From contig JASEIO010000002.1 of NCBI GenBank assembly GCA_030017475.1, positions 1 to 63,204 of the forward strand: a stretch of DNA of 63,204 nucleotides, read 5' to 3'. Below are positions 42,585 to 51,308 of the stretch, piece after piece. Numbering within the stretch: position 1 is the stretch's first letter; each line of letters begins with the position of its first letter. Below the pieces are notes generated by a model. That model was not told the origin of the DNA. It saw nothing but the letters and a program-made list of their open reading frames with translations, and did not search any database. A program made the translations under genes and the position numbers. The DNA is from a bacterium. GTDB lineage: Bacteria; UBA9089; JASEIO01.

Positions 42585-42602
42585 CTTAGCTTATGGCTTA
42601 TG
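42585..42602. repeat. AAGCTRTAAG-family half element (diverged)
   Basis: CTTAGCTTATGGCTTATG lies in the gap between the dtd stop and the MBL hydrolase start. Confidence 0.5.
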
Positions 42603-42622
42603 CCCCACAATTTAATGTGTAG

Positions 42623-43060
42623 TTACGTTTCAAGTATTAAGGTAACTGGGCCATCATTATGGATCGTAACAAGCATCCTGGCTTGAAATTGACCAGTTTT
42701 AACTGAAACTCCAATGTCTTTCATTGCCCCCACAAAGCAAGTGTACAAATCTTGTGCCTTATCATGCTTCGCTGCCCTTGTGAAATCAGGTCTTCTTCCT
42801 TTTCTGCAATCACCATATAATGTAAATTGAGAAACAATCAATACCTCACCTTGAACATCCAACAAAGACAAATTCATTTTATTATTTTCATCTTCAAAGA
42901 TGCGTAAATTAGCAATCTTTTGAGCCAGGTAGGTCGCTTCTTTCTTACTATCTGAAACCCCAACTCCAAGCAGAACAACCACTCCTTTTCCTATCGTTGA
43001 AATCATTCTACCCTCAACAAACACCTTAGCTTCTCTAACTCTCTGTACCACTGCTTTCAT
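42623..43060 (-). CDS. dtd: D-aminoacyl-tRNA deacylase
   Basis: MKAVVQRV...VSQFTLYGD...GRRP.F...GPVT is the Dtd signature. The ORF-track GTG start at 43090 reads through the CACGGAT repeat, so the start was trimmed to ATG 43060. Confidence 0.9.
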   Translation of the reverse strand: MKAVVQRVREAKVFVEGRMISTIGKGVVVLLGVGVSDSKKEATYLAQKIANLRIFEDENNKMNLSLLDVQGEVLIVSQFTLYGDCRKGRRPDFTRAAKHDKAQDLYTCFVGAMKDIGVSVKTGQFQARMLVTIHNDGPVTLILET

Positions 43061-43077
43061 AATCCCAAGAAAAATTA

Positions 43078-43108
43078 ACCACGGATTCACACGGATGATT
43101 TACAAAAC
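43078..43108. repeat. Dispersed CACGGAT-type repeat, copy 2
   Basis: AACCACGGATTCACACGGATGATTTACAAAA; compare 13281-13310. Confidence 0.7.
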
Positions 43109-43190
43109 TCAATAGAGTAAAGAGGATTAGGGTTAAGAAGCCTGTTTTTCTTTTTTTAGCAATACCACATTTTTTGTAATTTTGCAAGCA

Positions 43191-43955
43191 TTATTTATTA
43201 TAGGTTTCTTCAATAAAGCCAATTGCTTTTTTGGCAATAATTTTCCCTGCTTCATCTTCAGGAATAATCACTTCATCAGCACCAGCTGATCTTACAACTC
43301 GAAGATATCTCGATTTCCCAACCCTTGTAATTATCCTTACCTCTGGGTTAAGATTTTTGGCTGTAATTGTAATGTATAGGTTATCCGGATCGTTATCGAT
43401 CAATACCAAAATCCCTTTTGCCTTTATGATTTGAGCTTGAAGTAAAACCCCTCTTCTTCTTGCATCTCCATTTATAACCAATTTTCCTTCTTCGAGTAAG
43501 GATTTAACTAAGCTTTCATCATTCTCAATAACCACAAATGGGATCTTATTTTCTGTAAGATTTTCTACAACAGTCCTTCCAACTTGTCCATAACCACAAA
43601 TAATTAAATGATTTTCGAGTTTCTCCAATCTAAGTTGATTTTTCATTTTTAACCACACCCCTTTTCCTTCCCCTTTAAAGAAACTGCGAAAAAATCTTTC
43701 AACTATCCAAATCCCTGAGAAGTATATTCCAAGGGTAACAAAAACAGAAAAGATTTTAGTTATTGACTGGATTTGGGCATTTGCAATGGCGGATCGATTA
43801 ACTAACCAGAATAATGCATCAATGAAAGAGATATGTTCCAAATGCATAAAGCCAAGTATAGATATAGATAGAAAGCACAACAGGAATAAGACTGGTAGTA
43901 GAAGAATCTTAATCAAAAACCATAAAGCTACGTTAAATGCAAATCTACTTTTCAT
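43191..43955 (-). CDS. Ion-channel-like membrane protein with an RCK/TrkA-N domain and a degenerate selectivity filter
   Basis: TM segments, then a pore-helix-like FIDALFWLV followed by NRSAIANAQI where TVGYGD is expected. Rossmann motif LIICGYGQVGRTV (TrkA-N). The ATG overlaps the upstream stop (ATGA). Confidence 0.65.
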   Translation of the reverse strand: MKSRFAFNVALWFLIKILLLPVLFLLCFLSISILGFMHLEHISFIDALFWLVNRSAIANAQIQSITKIFSVFVTLGIYFSGIWIVERFFRSFFKGEGKGVWLKMKNQLRLEKLENHLIICGYGQVGRTVVENLTENKIPFVVIENDESLVKSLLEEGKLVINGDARRRGVLLQAQIIKAKGILVLIDNDPDNLYITITAKNLNPEVRIITRVGKSRYLRVVRSAGADEVIIPEDEAGKIIAKKAIGFIEETYNK

Positions 43956-45922
43956 CTTATATCTGTCGGTTCATCTTCTTTCCAAAGGGGCTTAGGCCTG
44001 GAGACCTCTTTATGGATAGCATAGATAGTAATATTCTCATCTTCATAAAAGATATCCATATCTCGATGATAGATAGAATAAACTTGACACCATTCATTAA
44101 TCCTCCTTTGGAAATCATCCCTCCATCTATAATCAATTTCAATGCCTCCTTCTTTAACCCTAAACCCTTTTTTTTCAGTAAATATGAATATATGGGGGAT
44201 CTCTATGGGTAAGTCATCCTGAGGATTGTATCTACTCAAAAAATCTTCGATATGCATATGCCATCCTTTCTTTAAACACAATGGATACTCCTCAGTAGTC
44301 GATACAATCAACCATTCGTATGGAGTATACATTTTAGAAATCCTCAAATAACCTCTTATCATCCCATCGTATTCCATCTTAAAGGATTCAGGTGGCTTTC
44401 CCGGGAAAGCGATCCCCAATAAAAGGATTACGGAAATTGCAGCTCCAAACTGTCTATAGTTACCTATTAATATCCTACCTAAGATCTTAGAAGTTAAGAT
44501 ATAATAAAATAGTCCTAATGGTATGGAAATTAGTAAGCTTAAGAAATGACCTGTACTATAAGGGCAAACCACATGCCTTATTCCAAAGAAATTAGCCTTA
44601 TATTGAAAGAATAAGAAGAGTAGAAAAATAGTAAAGCTGAGGAAATCAAATTTATCTATCCTATCTTTGATAGTTATACCATATCCTATTAAAAAAAGAT
44701 TAATTGCTAAGATTACATACAATAAACCACTTAAATCTAAGGCCCCTGCCCTGAATTGAGGAGTAAATAGAGTAAAAAACCCAAGTGCTGATTCGTGCAA
44801 TTTATATCCAGATAAAAATCCTAATAAAATAGATAAATGCCCTAACAACAATGATGCTACGAATGCCAAAAGTACAGATATCAAAGTCTTTTTTGTCCAT
44901 AGACGGGCTATTATCCCTGATAGAAGAATAGAGACCATTCCAATCATAGCCATTAATCCAACTATAGAATGTACACGAAATATGATTACTAATCCTTCGC
45001 ATGAAAGCAAAAGGTATCTCGCTTTTCGCATGACTATATATCGTAGCATGAAGTATAAAGTAGGAAGTAAAAAAAGGGCTCCAAACTCTTGAGGTAAGGT
45101 TGTTGTTTGTCTATAAAGACCAAGGGGTAGTTGCTCCGCAATTGTTCCCCCATAGATAAATATACCATAAATAAATGAGGAAATAAGTGAGGCACCTTTA
45201 CTCCCTGTAAGCCTGTTAGTTATCCAATAACAAGATAAAACAGTTAATAGTGATATAAAAGGCCCCATAAATTTAAAGATATACACTGGATCAAGATATG
45301 TAAAAAAGTGGATGGAAGACAAAAAAGAGGCAAATCCCTCTGGATGAATCCCTGTGAGAAACAATCTATTCATCTCCATATCTTTCATTACCTTTATCCA
45401 TACATATGGATCTGAGGTTCCTAAAGCCTCATGCCGGAAAGAGTCATAAAACCTAAGATAGGCTGCATAACCCATTACTGGAATAAATGATAGAAGGTAT
45501 ATTAGATTGGATCTATCGCATGACCTTATTCTATCAAGGACCCTACCTTTTTTTTCGATTAGATATTCCTTGGATACCTTGACCAAATCTACTCCTTGAT
45601 CCAAAACATCAAGAAAAGAACTAACAACCCTTAAAAAGAAATTAGACAACCTCTCAAAGAAGGCCCATTTACGTCTATAAATTATAAAGCCAATACCTAC
45701 TAAGAGATAACCACCATATAAAGATAGCGGTTCATAGATGTGGAGAAGAACAAGAAAATGAACAAGAAGTAAGGTAATAAAGGTCATATGGGTTAAATTA
45801 ACAAAGAATTTATCTAAAATAGAATCCCCCTTTCTTTTTTTAATAAATAGACTGGGAAAAAGTATGTATACTAATAAGAAGAGAGATATAATCTTACTTA
45901 CAACGAATAGATTAGAGATCAT
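43952..45922 (-). CDS. Large polytopic membrane protein (656 aa), possibly a GT-C-fold glycosyltransferase, with a soluble C-terminal domain
   Basis: At least 12 predicted TM helices by eye. The loop YLRFYDSFRHEALGTSDPYVWIKVMKDM resembles the first-loop acidic motif of ArnT/PMT/STT3-like enzymes. The functional call is weak. Confidence 0.35.
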   Translation of the reverse strand: MISNLFVVSKIISLFLLVYILFPSLFIKKRKGDSILDKFFVNLTHMTFITLLLVHFLVLLHIYEPLSLYGGYLLVGIGFIIYRRKWAFFERLSNFFLRVVSSFLDVLDQGVDLVKVSKEYLIEKKGRVLDRIRSCDRSNLIYLLSFIPVMGYAAYLRFYDSFRHEALGTSDPYVWIKVMKDMEMNRLFLTGIHPEGFASFLSSIHFFTYLDPVYIFKFMGPFISLLTVLSCYWITNRLTGSKGASLISSFIYGIFIYGGTIAEQLPLGLYRQTTTLPQEFGALFLLPTLYFMLRYIVMRKARYLLLSCEGLVIIFRVHSIVGLMAMIGMVSILLSGIIARLWTKKTLISVLLAFVASLLLGHLSILLGFLSGYKLHESALGFFTLFTPQFRAGALDLSGLLYVILAINLFLIGYGITIKDRIDKFDFLSFTIFLLFLFFQYKANFFGIRHVVCPYSTGHFLSLLISIPLGLFYYILTSKILGRILIGNYRQFGAAISVILLLGIAFPGKPPESFKMEYDGMIRGYLRISKMYTPYEWLIVSTTEEYPLCLKKGWHMHIEDFLSRYNPQDDLPIEIPHIFIFTEKKGFRVKEGGIEIDYRWRDDFQRRINEWCQVYSIYHRDMDIFYEDENITIYAIHKEVSRPKPLWKEDEPTDIR

Positions 45923-45925
45923 CTA

Positions 45926-46765
45926 TTACTCTCCAAATTCAAGATTTACCATATATAATTTACTATGCGTAAGACTCGAAACACTAGGTATAAAACCAAA
46001 TGATCTTGCCCTTCTATAAGCAAATGTAATTAAATCCAAATCCGTCTCTTCGGTATAATCCAGGGTAAAGACATCGAATAAGGGATTATCAGTCCAACCC
46101 CTTATACTATTTATTCTATTTGCCTGGGAAGTAGTATAGGAAAGTTCAGAAGGCTTGAGCTTCTTCAAGGTAGAGCTGAAGCTTTCATACATAATAGCGT
46201 TAATGAAAGGTGTAATTTCCTGTAAAACTATCCATCCATTATTGACCAAGAGATACTCTTGTGGATATGTCTCACGGATCTTCCTTATCAGTTCAATCAT
46301 ACCAGGCTTAAGGATTTTCTCCTTTATATCCTCAGGATAAAGATGTGGATAAAGAACAGTATCCAGAAAGGCACCGCTGCAACCCAAGTCTTCTACAATA
46401 GTAGCCATCTTTTCATAAATAACATATTGTTGCCATCCTTTATCTTTAGGATTTACAAAATAGGATCCCCAATCCTTATGCCTATCAGGTTTGCCATCTG
46501 GTCCAGGTATATCACATCCTACGCCTGTAAAATAATCTAAATACCAAGATGCATATCCACCTGGCCCTTTTCCATTATGAACCTTTAATGGATAATCTTC
46601 TCCAATTGAGAGATAACCCAATACTTTGGTTTTATTGGTTTTTAAAAAGGCTATCTCCTGGGGGGTGTAATGCGCAGGTTGAATAATTACTAAGTCAAAT
46701 TTACAAAGGTCTCTTATTCTTCCTTTACCATAATAAACACAATAATTTCTAATATCTGACATCAA
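45926..46765 (-). CDS. GH114-like glycoside hydrolase (PelA hydrolase-domain-like / endo-alpha-1,4-polygalactosaminidase family)
   Basis: FDLVIIQP...VLGYLSIGE...WGSYFVNPKDKGWQ...GCSGAFLDTV follows the TIM-barrel GH114/TM1410 pattern. Located downstream of pelF-pelG. Confidence 0.6.
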   Translation of the reverse strand: MMSDIRNYCVYYGKGRIRDLCKFDLVIIQPAHYTPQEIAFLKTNKTKVLGYLSIGEDYPLKVHNGKGPGGYASWYLDYFTGVGCDIPGPDGKPDRHKDWGSYFVNPKDKGWQQYVIYEKMATIVEDLGCSGAFLDTVLYPHLYPEDIKEKILKPGMIELIRKIRETYPQEYLLVNNGWIVLQEITPFINAIMYESFSSTLKKLKPSELSYTTSQANRINSIRGWTDNPLFDVFTLDYTEETDLDLITFAYRRARSFGFIPSVSSLTHSKLYMVNLEFGE

Positions 46766-46776
46766 AAATCTGTGAT

Positions 46777-48351
46777 TTAAAAGGCTGAGTAATAATAGTA
46801 ATCAAGATGCTTAAAGACTCTAAAAGCGTAAATGGAAGATACAATCATGAAGACAAAGGCTCCTATTAAAAGACCAATTACTGCAAAATGGTGACCAAAG
46901 ATTCTGGAAAGGAAAAAACCCACTACAAAATTACAGATTATCCCAGGTATGATTGCACGAATTATAAAATGTGGACGGGATAAGGCAAAGAAAAAGATAC
47001 CATTAAACAATGCCCAAACCAGAAATACATATCCAACACACGCAGAGAAGAAAACAAAATAGGTAATTTCATTAAAGAAATTCTCAACATATTTAAAAAT
47101 CTCTATCCTATTTAGAAGAAACATTCCAGAATAGACTCCTATAATACTTAAGATAGAGATGAATAAAAACAGAATTAAATGATTTTTATAAAAGTTTATA
47201 AATCTTTGGTTAAAGTCCGAAACCCCTCTGGCTTTCACCTTTTTCTGCTCTGAAATTACAGTCCTTGAAAATGCCTCAATTGAATATTGTAAGACGCCTA
47301 TAGTTAAGACAAGAGAAATGAGTGCCCAAACCATTCCCAATTCATATTGAACCTTAAACCAGAGTATATAAGGCGAATCTCTCGAAGGAGTGGTCCAGGC
47401 TATTACTCTATCTAAGAATAAGAAGACAAAGTAAAGTACCCCATAGAGAAAATAAGGGAAGATAGAATAGATAACCATTGAAATACGCGGGAGATCTGAG
47501 GCTCTAAATTCCTTCTCAGCCTTCTTCGCCTTCCTCTGAAGCAACATATAACTAAAAAAGAGGCCTCCTATAATTGCTACCGAAAGTCCAATTACATGTG
47601 AGAATAAGATATCCAAACCAAAGAACTTGAATGCGATATGAACCGCAAGGATTCCTAAGGCAATCACCACGGTGCACAAAAACAATCTTTTAAGCATGTA
47701 TAGGGTAGCGAGACTTAACCATAGGAAGGAGAGAAAAAGGTAGTATATAAAGGCATACCAGAATATATAATTGGGTAGAAAACCGAAGAGAAGATTTATT
47801 ATAAGAAAGAGTAATCCAAAGAGAATTGTTGTGGTTGCTCCAAATCTAAATAATCTAAAGCAAACCTTTTTGGTTAAGATATCCTCTTTTTGATGGATAT
47901 AGAATAGACCCCTTCTCCCAATCGCCTGACAAAAGCCCCCAGTTATGATAAATGATAAAATTGTACCGACTCCAATTCCTGTTGCCCTCCCTACATCATA
48001 CAACATCCATGTCCAAAGTGAATAGGGAAGAATTAGCATAGCAAATATCATTACAACCATAGGCATGGCAAAAAAGAGTCCCGAAGAATAATATCTTAAG
48101 AACATCAACCAATTTGATTTCCTCTTCTCTGTCTCACCCCCTTTTATGGATTTTGAAATCCCTAATTCGGGGTAAATTTCATAGATATGTTTTGCCAAGA
48201 GGAAGGTATTTCCATATCCGAATCTCTCTACACAATCCTTATCAGTTATACCATTTGCCTCAATCAAGGCAGCTATTTCAAGGTAGCTTTGAGGTTTTCC
48301 CCTATCTTCAAGGATTTCTTTAGCCAATGCCAAAATTCGATCATCTACCAT
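46777..48351 (-). CDS. pelG: PelG-like polytopic exopolysaccharide transporter with an N-terminal soluble extension of about 90 aa
   Basis: About 12 TM helices, immediately downstream of pelF (7-nt gap after trimming to ATG 48351). The assignment rests on context and topology, not on motifs. Confidence 0.5.
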   Translation of the reverse strand: MVDDRILALAKEILEDRGKPQSYLEIAALIEANGITDKDCVERFGYGNTFLLAKHIYEIYPELGISKSIKGGETEKRKSNWLMFLRYYSSGLFFAMPMVVMIFAMLILPYSLWTWMLYDVGRATGIGVGTILSFIITGGFCQAIGRRGLFYIHQKEDILTKKVCFRLFRFGATTTILFGLLFLIINLLFGFLPNYIFWYAFIYYLFLSFLWLSLATLYMLKRLFLCTVVIALGILAVHIAFKFFGLDILFSHVIGLSVAIIGGLFFSYMLLQRKAKKAEKEFRASDLPRISMVIYSIFPYFLYGVLYFVFLFLDRVIAWTTPSRDSPYILWFKVQYELGMVWALISLVLTIGVLQYSIEAFSRTVISEQKKVKARGVSDFNQRFINFYKNHLILFLFISILSIIGVYSGMFLLNRIEIFKYVENFFNEITYFVFFSACVGYVFLVWALFNGIFFFALSRPHFIIRAIIPGIICNFVVGFFLSRIFGHHFAVIGLLIGAFVFMIVSSIYAFRVFKHLDYYYYSAF

Positions 48352-48358
48352 ATAATTC

Positions 48359-49855
48359 TCATTTTTCCCTTTTTGACTTGGAGAGATCGACCAGATTAAA
48401 GTAGCTCTGTTGATATTCCTTAACCATATTTTCAACAGTAAACATATTGAGGACCTTAGTTCTGGCATCTAATCCAAAGGTCTCTCGAAGCTCTTTATCT
48501 TTCAATAGCTTTATTATGGCCGTAGCAAATTCTTCAGGCTTTTTCGCTCTCACCATTAATCCACACCCTTCCAATGCCTCTCTTACCCCACCTACATCTG
48601 TAGCTACTATTGGCTTTCCTGAAGCCATTGCCTCGACAACTGTATAAGGAAAGGCTTCACTTATTGAAGTTAAGGCAACAATATCTCCTTTATTATAGAT
48701 TGTAGTTGGTTCTGATGTATATCCAGCGAATATTACATTCTCTGTCAACCCCAATTCTTCCCTTAATTTTATGCACCTTTCATAATATTCTGGGTTTGAC
48801 ACTTCACCATAAATCAGGAATTTAACATCTCCCATTTCTTTATTAACCAAAGATGCCCCCTTTATTAAGGTTTCAATATCCTTTATAGGATCCACTCGGG
48901 TTGCGGAAACAACTACTGTTTTTTCTCCTTCCTTTTTCTCCGCAGGGTAAAATACCCTTGGATCAACTCCATTGTAAATAGTTTTTATTCTTTCCTCTGG
49001 AACCCGATTTATAAATTCCCATCTTTTATTGTACTCACAAACAGGAGATATCTGATCAGCAAAATAGTAGCTTATCCGGGATATGCCAGAAATTAGATCT
49101 AAAAGAAATCCCTTTGAATATGAGATATGTTCCAACCTGGAAATAAATAGATGTTGCTCTTTCATGTAGATTCCATGTTCTGTTAATAGAAATGGCGTAT
49201 CATAGGAAAATTTCGAAATTATACAAGGGATTGAACAAAAGGCTGCAGCTGTAGAGTGAGTCACATCCGTTTTTGGAACAGGAACATTTAAGATTAAGAA
49301 GAATCGATATAACCATCTTAGACATTCTGTTAAGCTATAAAGGGAAGGGGGTTCTTCTTCATAAGTCTTGTCCTTTTCCGCAAACCGTAGCATCTCCTTT
49401 TTAAATATTTCCCAAACTGTTTCAGACCTAAAGGTTTCATTAATGTCGTATTCTTTAAAATATAGATGCAGTTTATATAAGGTTGTTCCTATTGAATAGG
49501 CCTCCTCTTCTGATCTATGTAAATTTCTGAGGAAGGTACGAAAAAGTGGGGCAAATTTTTTATTTATAGCTGATTCTGTAGTTTTCTTTTTTTTATAATA
49601 GATCTTAGAGAAAGGGATTTTTTTCAGATATTCTGTTGGCTCTTCTGAACCCCATAAAGGAAGGTGAATTATTTCACGTACATTTTTTGGAAGACTATAT
49701 TTACGTGAAACATAAGGGTTCATCATAATTGCAAATAAGGTGAAAGAGACTGCCTTACATCCTTTTATAAGGTTATCACACCATGTAGATACTCCTCCAG
49801 GATGAAAAGGATACGTTCCCTCTGTAGTCAGAAGAACAGAAACCTCCTCTTCCAT
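48359..49855 (-). CDS. pelF: PelF-type GT4 glycosyltransferase (DUF3492 N-domain plus GT1/GT4 C-domain)
   Basis: The N-terminus VLLTTEGTYPFHPGGVSTWCDNLIKG is the PelF/DUF3492 signature. The C-terminus has EAFPYTVVEAMASGKPIVATDVGGVRE (EX7E). Confidence 0.8.
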   Translation of the reverse strand: MEEEVSVLLTTEGTYPFHPGGVSTWCDNLIKGCKAVSFTLFAIMMNPYVSRKYSLPKNVREIIHLPLWGSEEPTEYLKKIPFSKIYYKKKKTTESAINKKFAPLFRTFLRNLHRSEEEAYSIGTTLYKLHLYFKEYDINETFRSETVWEIFKKEMLRFAEKDKTYEEEPPSLYSLTECLRWLYRFFLILNVPVPKTDVTHSTAAAFCSIPCIISKFSYDTPFLLTEHGIYMKEQHLFISRLEHISYSKGFLLDLISGISRISYYFADQISPVCEYNKRWEFINRVPEERIKTIYNGVDPRVFYPAEKKEGEKTVVVSATRVDPIKDIETLIKGASLVNKEMGDVKFLIYGEVSNPEYYERCIKLREELGLTENVIFAGYTSEPTTIYNKGDIVALTSISEAFPYTVVEAMASGKPIVATDVGGVREALEGCGLMVRAKKPEEFATAIIKLLKDKELRETFGLDARTKVLNMFTVENMVKEYQQSYFNLVDLSKSKREK

Positions 49856-49865
49856 TACCCTTCAC

Positions 49866-51284
49866 CTATTTGGTTAAATCTATCCCTAACATTAAGGCAA
49901 ACTTAATCTTATTAATCCAATAATCCTTAACTGAATCTAAGTATCTTTTCTTCGTCCACAAAAGCCTGTCAATGGCAAAAATCACATCTCTCTGTGTTTC
50001 AAATTCCAAATCATACCTTTCTTTTGTTATATCAAGTATCTCTTTTGCTCTATCCACCCTGCCCCTATTAACTATTAATCTTTCCAATGCGTCTTCACAC
50101 CGAAGATATGCCTCTTCCACTTCCATCTTTATTCTGTCTTTGAGTTCATCCCTTTCTAATTCAGATACCTCCTGTAATCTTTCTTGTTGCATAATCCTCG
50201 CCCGAGTTAATCCCCCATCAAAGATAGGGATTCTAAACATTGCCAAGAACCAGTATGCCTTTTTTCCTGGAAAGAGGTTGTCATCGGTATATCCATATTT
50301 TGCATCAAGGGTTAAGGTTGGATATCTTTCCCTCTGAGCTAACTTATAAGAAAGTTTGGCCTCCTCTATTCGATTATCTATCTTTTTCACTTCCACCAAA
50401 TTTTTATAAGCTAAATCTAAATATCTTTCTACAACCTCTTCTGGAAGTTTTATAGTAGTATACGCAACCTCTACATCTTCCCCTACTATCTTGTTTAATC
50501 TCTTCTTTGCTACAGTGAGTTCGGATTCTGCATGCATCAAATCATCTTTGGCTTCAAAAAATCTATCCTCTGCATTTAGTAATGTAATCCTAGGGCAGCC
50601 ACCTGTTTTATGAAAAAACCTGACCTTTTGTAAATGGTCACTTGTAATCTTAACTAAATTCTCCGCCTCCTTCTTTTCCTCCTGTTTTTCTAATACATCA
50701 CAATAGATCCGCACTGCATCAAGAATAACCTCCTGTTTTACTCTTGTAGCCTCAAGAAAAGCTAAAAACTCCTGCAACTTAGCCCTTTTTATTCTAATCT
50801 TTCTTTTTCCGAAGGTTATTAAATCCCAATGTCCAACCAAAAAGGCATTCCATTTATATGGATAAACCCGATACCAAGGCTCTTTAGAGCCAGTCTCATA
50901 ACTTAACTCTGCCCATATAGAAGGCCATGCATTTGCTCTAATTTCCCTACCACTTGACCATTCATAATCAATCCTTTTCTCTGCAATCTTTATTCTATGG
51001 TCATAAAGGACTGCCTTTTTCAAATAAAGTGAAAGATCTATATAACCACCCTCCTCCTTTGTTTTTTCTTCTTCTTCAATAATTTCTATTAAACTTTTGC
51101 TTCTTTTATGACGGGGATTTAAATCCAATACCTCTTTGAGGTACTGTTTTGCCCCTGGTAAATCTCCTATAAGGTATCTTTTCTTTCCCAACTCATAAAA
51201 TTCATCTTCATCCTTTGCAGATGTAAGGGTAATACATAGTAAACAGTAAGTAATAATCGATAAGATAATAAATCCCTTTTTCAT
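49866..51284 (-). CDS. TolC-family outer membrane factor with an N-terminal TPR-like segment
   Basis: Signal peptide, a TPR-like segment (FYELGKKRYLIGDLPGAKQYLKEVLDLNP), then duplicated OEP repeats (e.g. LAMFRIPIFDGGLTRARIMQQERLQE). Confidence 0.7.
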   Translation of the reverse strand: MKKGFIILSIITYCLLCITLTSAKDEDEFYELGKKRYLIGDLPGAKQYLKEVLDLNPRHKRSKSLIEIIEEEEKTKEEGGYIDLSLYLKKAVLYDHRIKIAEKRIDYEWSSGREIRANAWPSIWAELSYETGSKEPWYRVYPYKWNAFLVGHWDLITFGKRKIRIKRAKLQEFLAFLEATRVKQEVILDAVRIYCDVLEKQEEKKEAENLVKITSDHLQKVRFFHKTGGCPRITLLNAEDRFFEAKDDLMHAESELTVAKKRLNKIVGEDVEVAYTTIKLPEEVVERYLDLAYKNLVEVKKIDNRIEEAKLSYKLAQRERYPTLTLDAKYGYTDDNLFPGKKAYWFLAMFRIPIFDGGLTRARIMQQERLQEVSELERDELKDRIKMEVEEAYLRCEDALERLIVNRGRVDRAKEILDITKERYDLEFETQRDVIFAIDRLLWTKKRYLDSVKDYWINKIKFALMLGIDLTK

Positions 51285-51308
51285 CTTTCCCTTATTTCCT
51301 CTATTTAT

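Noticed and set aside
48352-48468. N-terminal 39 codons of the pelG-like ORF that overlap pelF by 110 nt
   Set aside because: The overlap is implausibly long. An in-frame ATG at 48351 lies 7 nt after the pelF stop. I trimmed similar upstream extensions for nfeD (21038-21091), comFC (9893-9994), dtd (43061-43090), lptB, flgL, fliW, the cyclase, SRPBCC copy 2, ahcY, hom and coaE.
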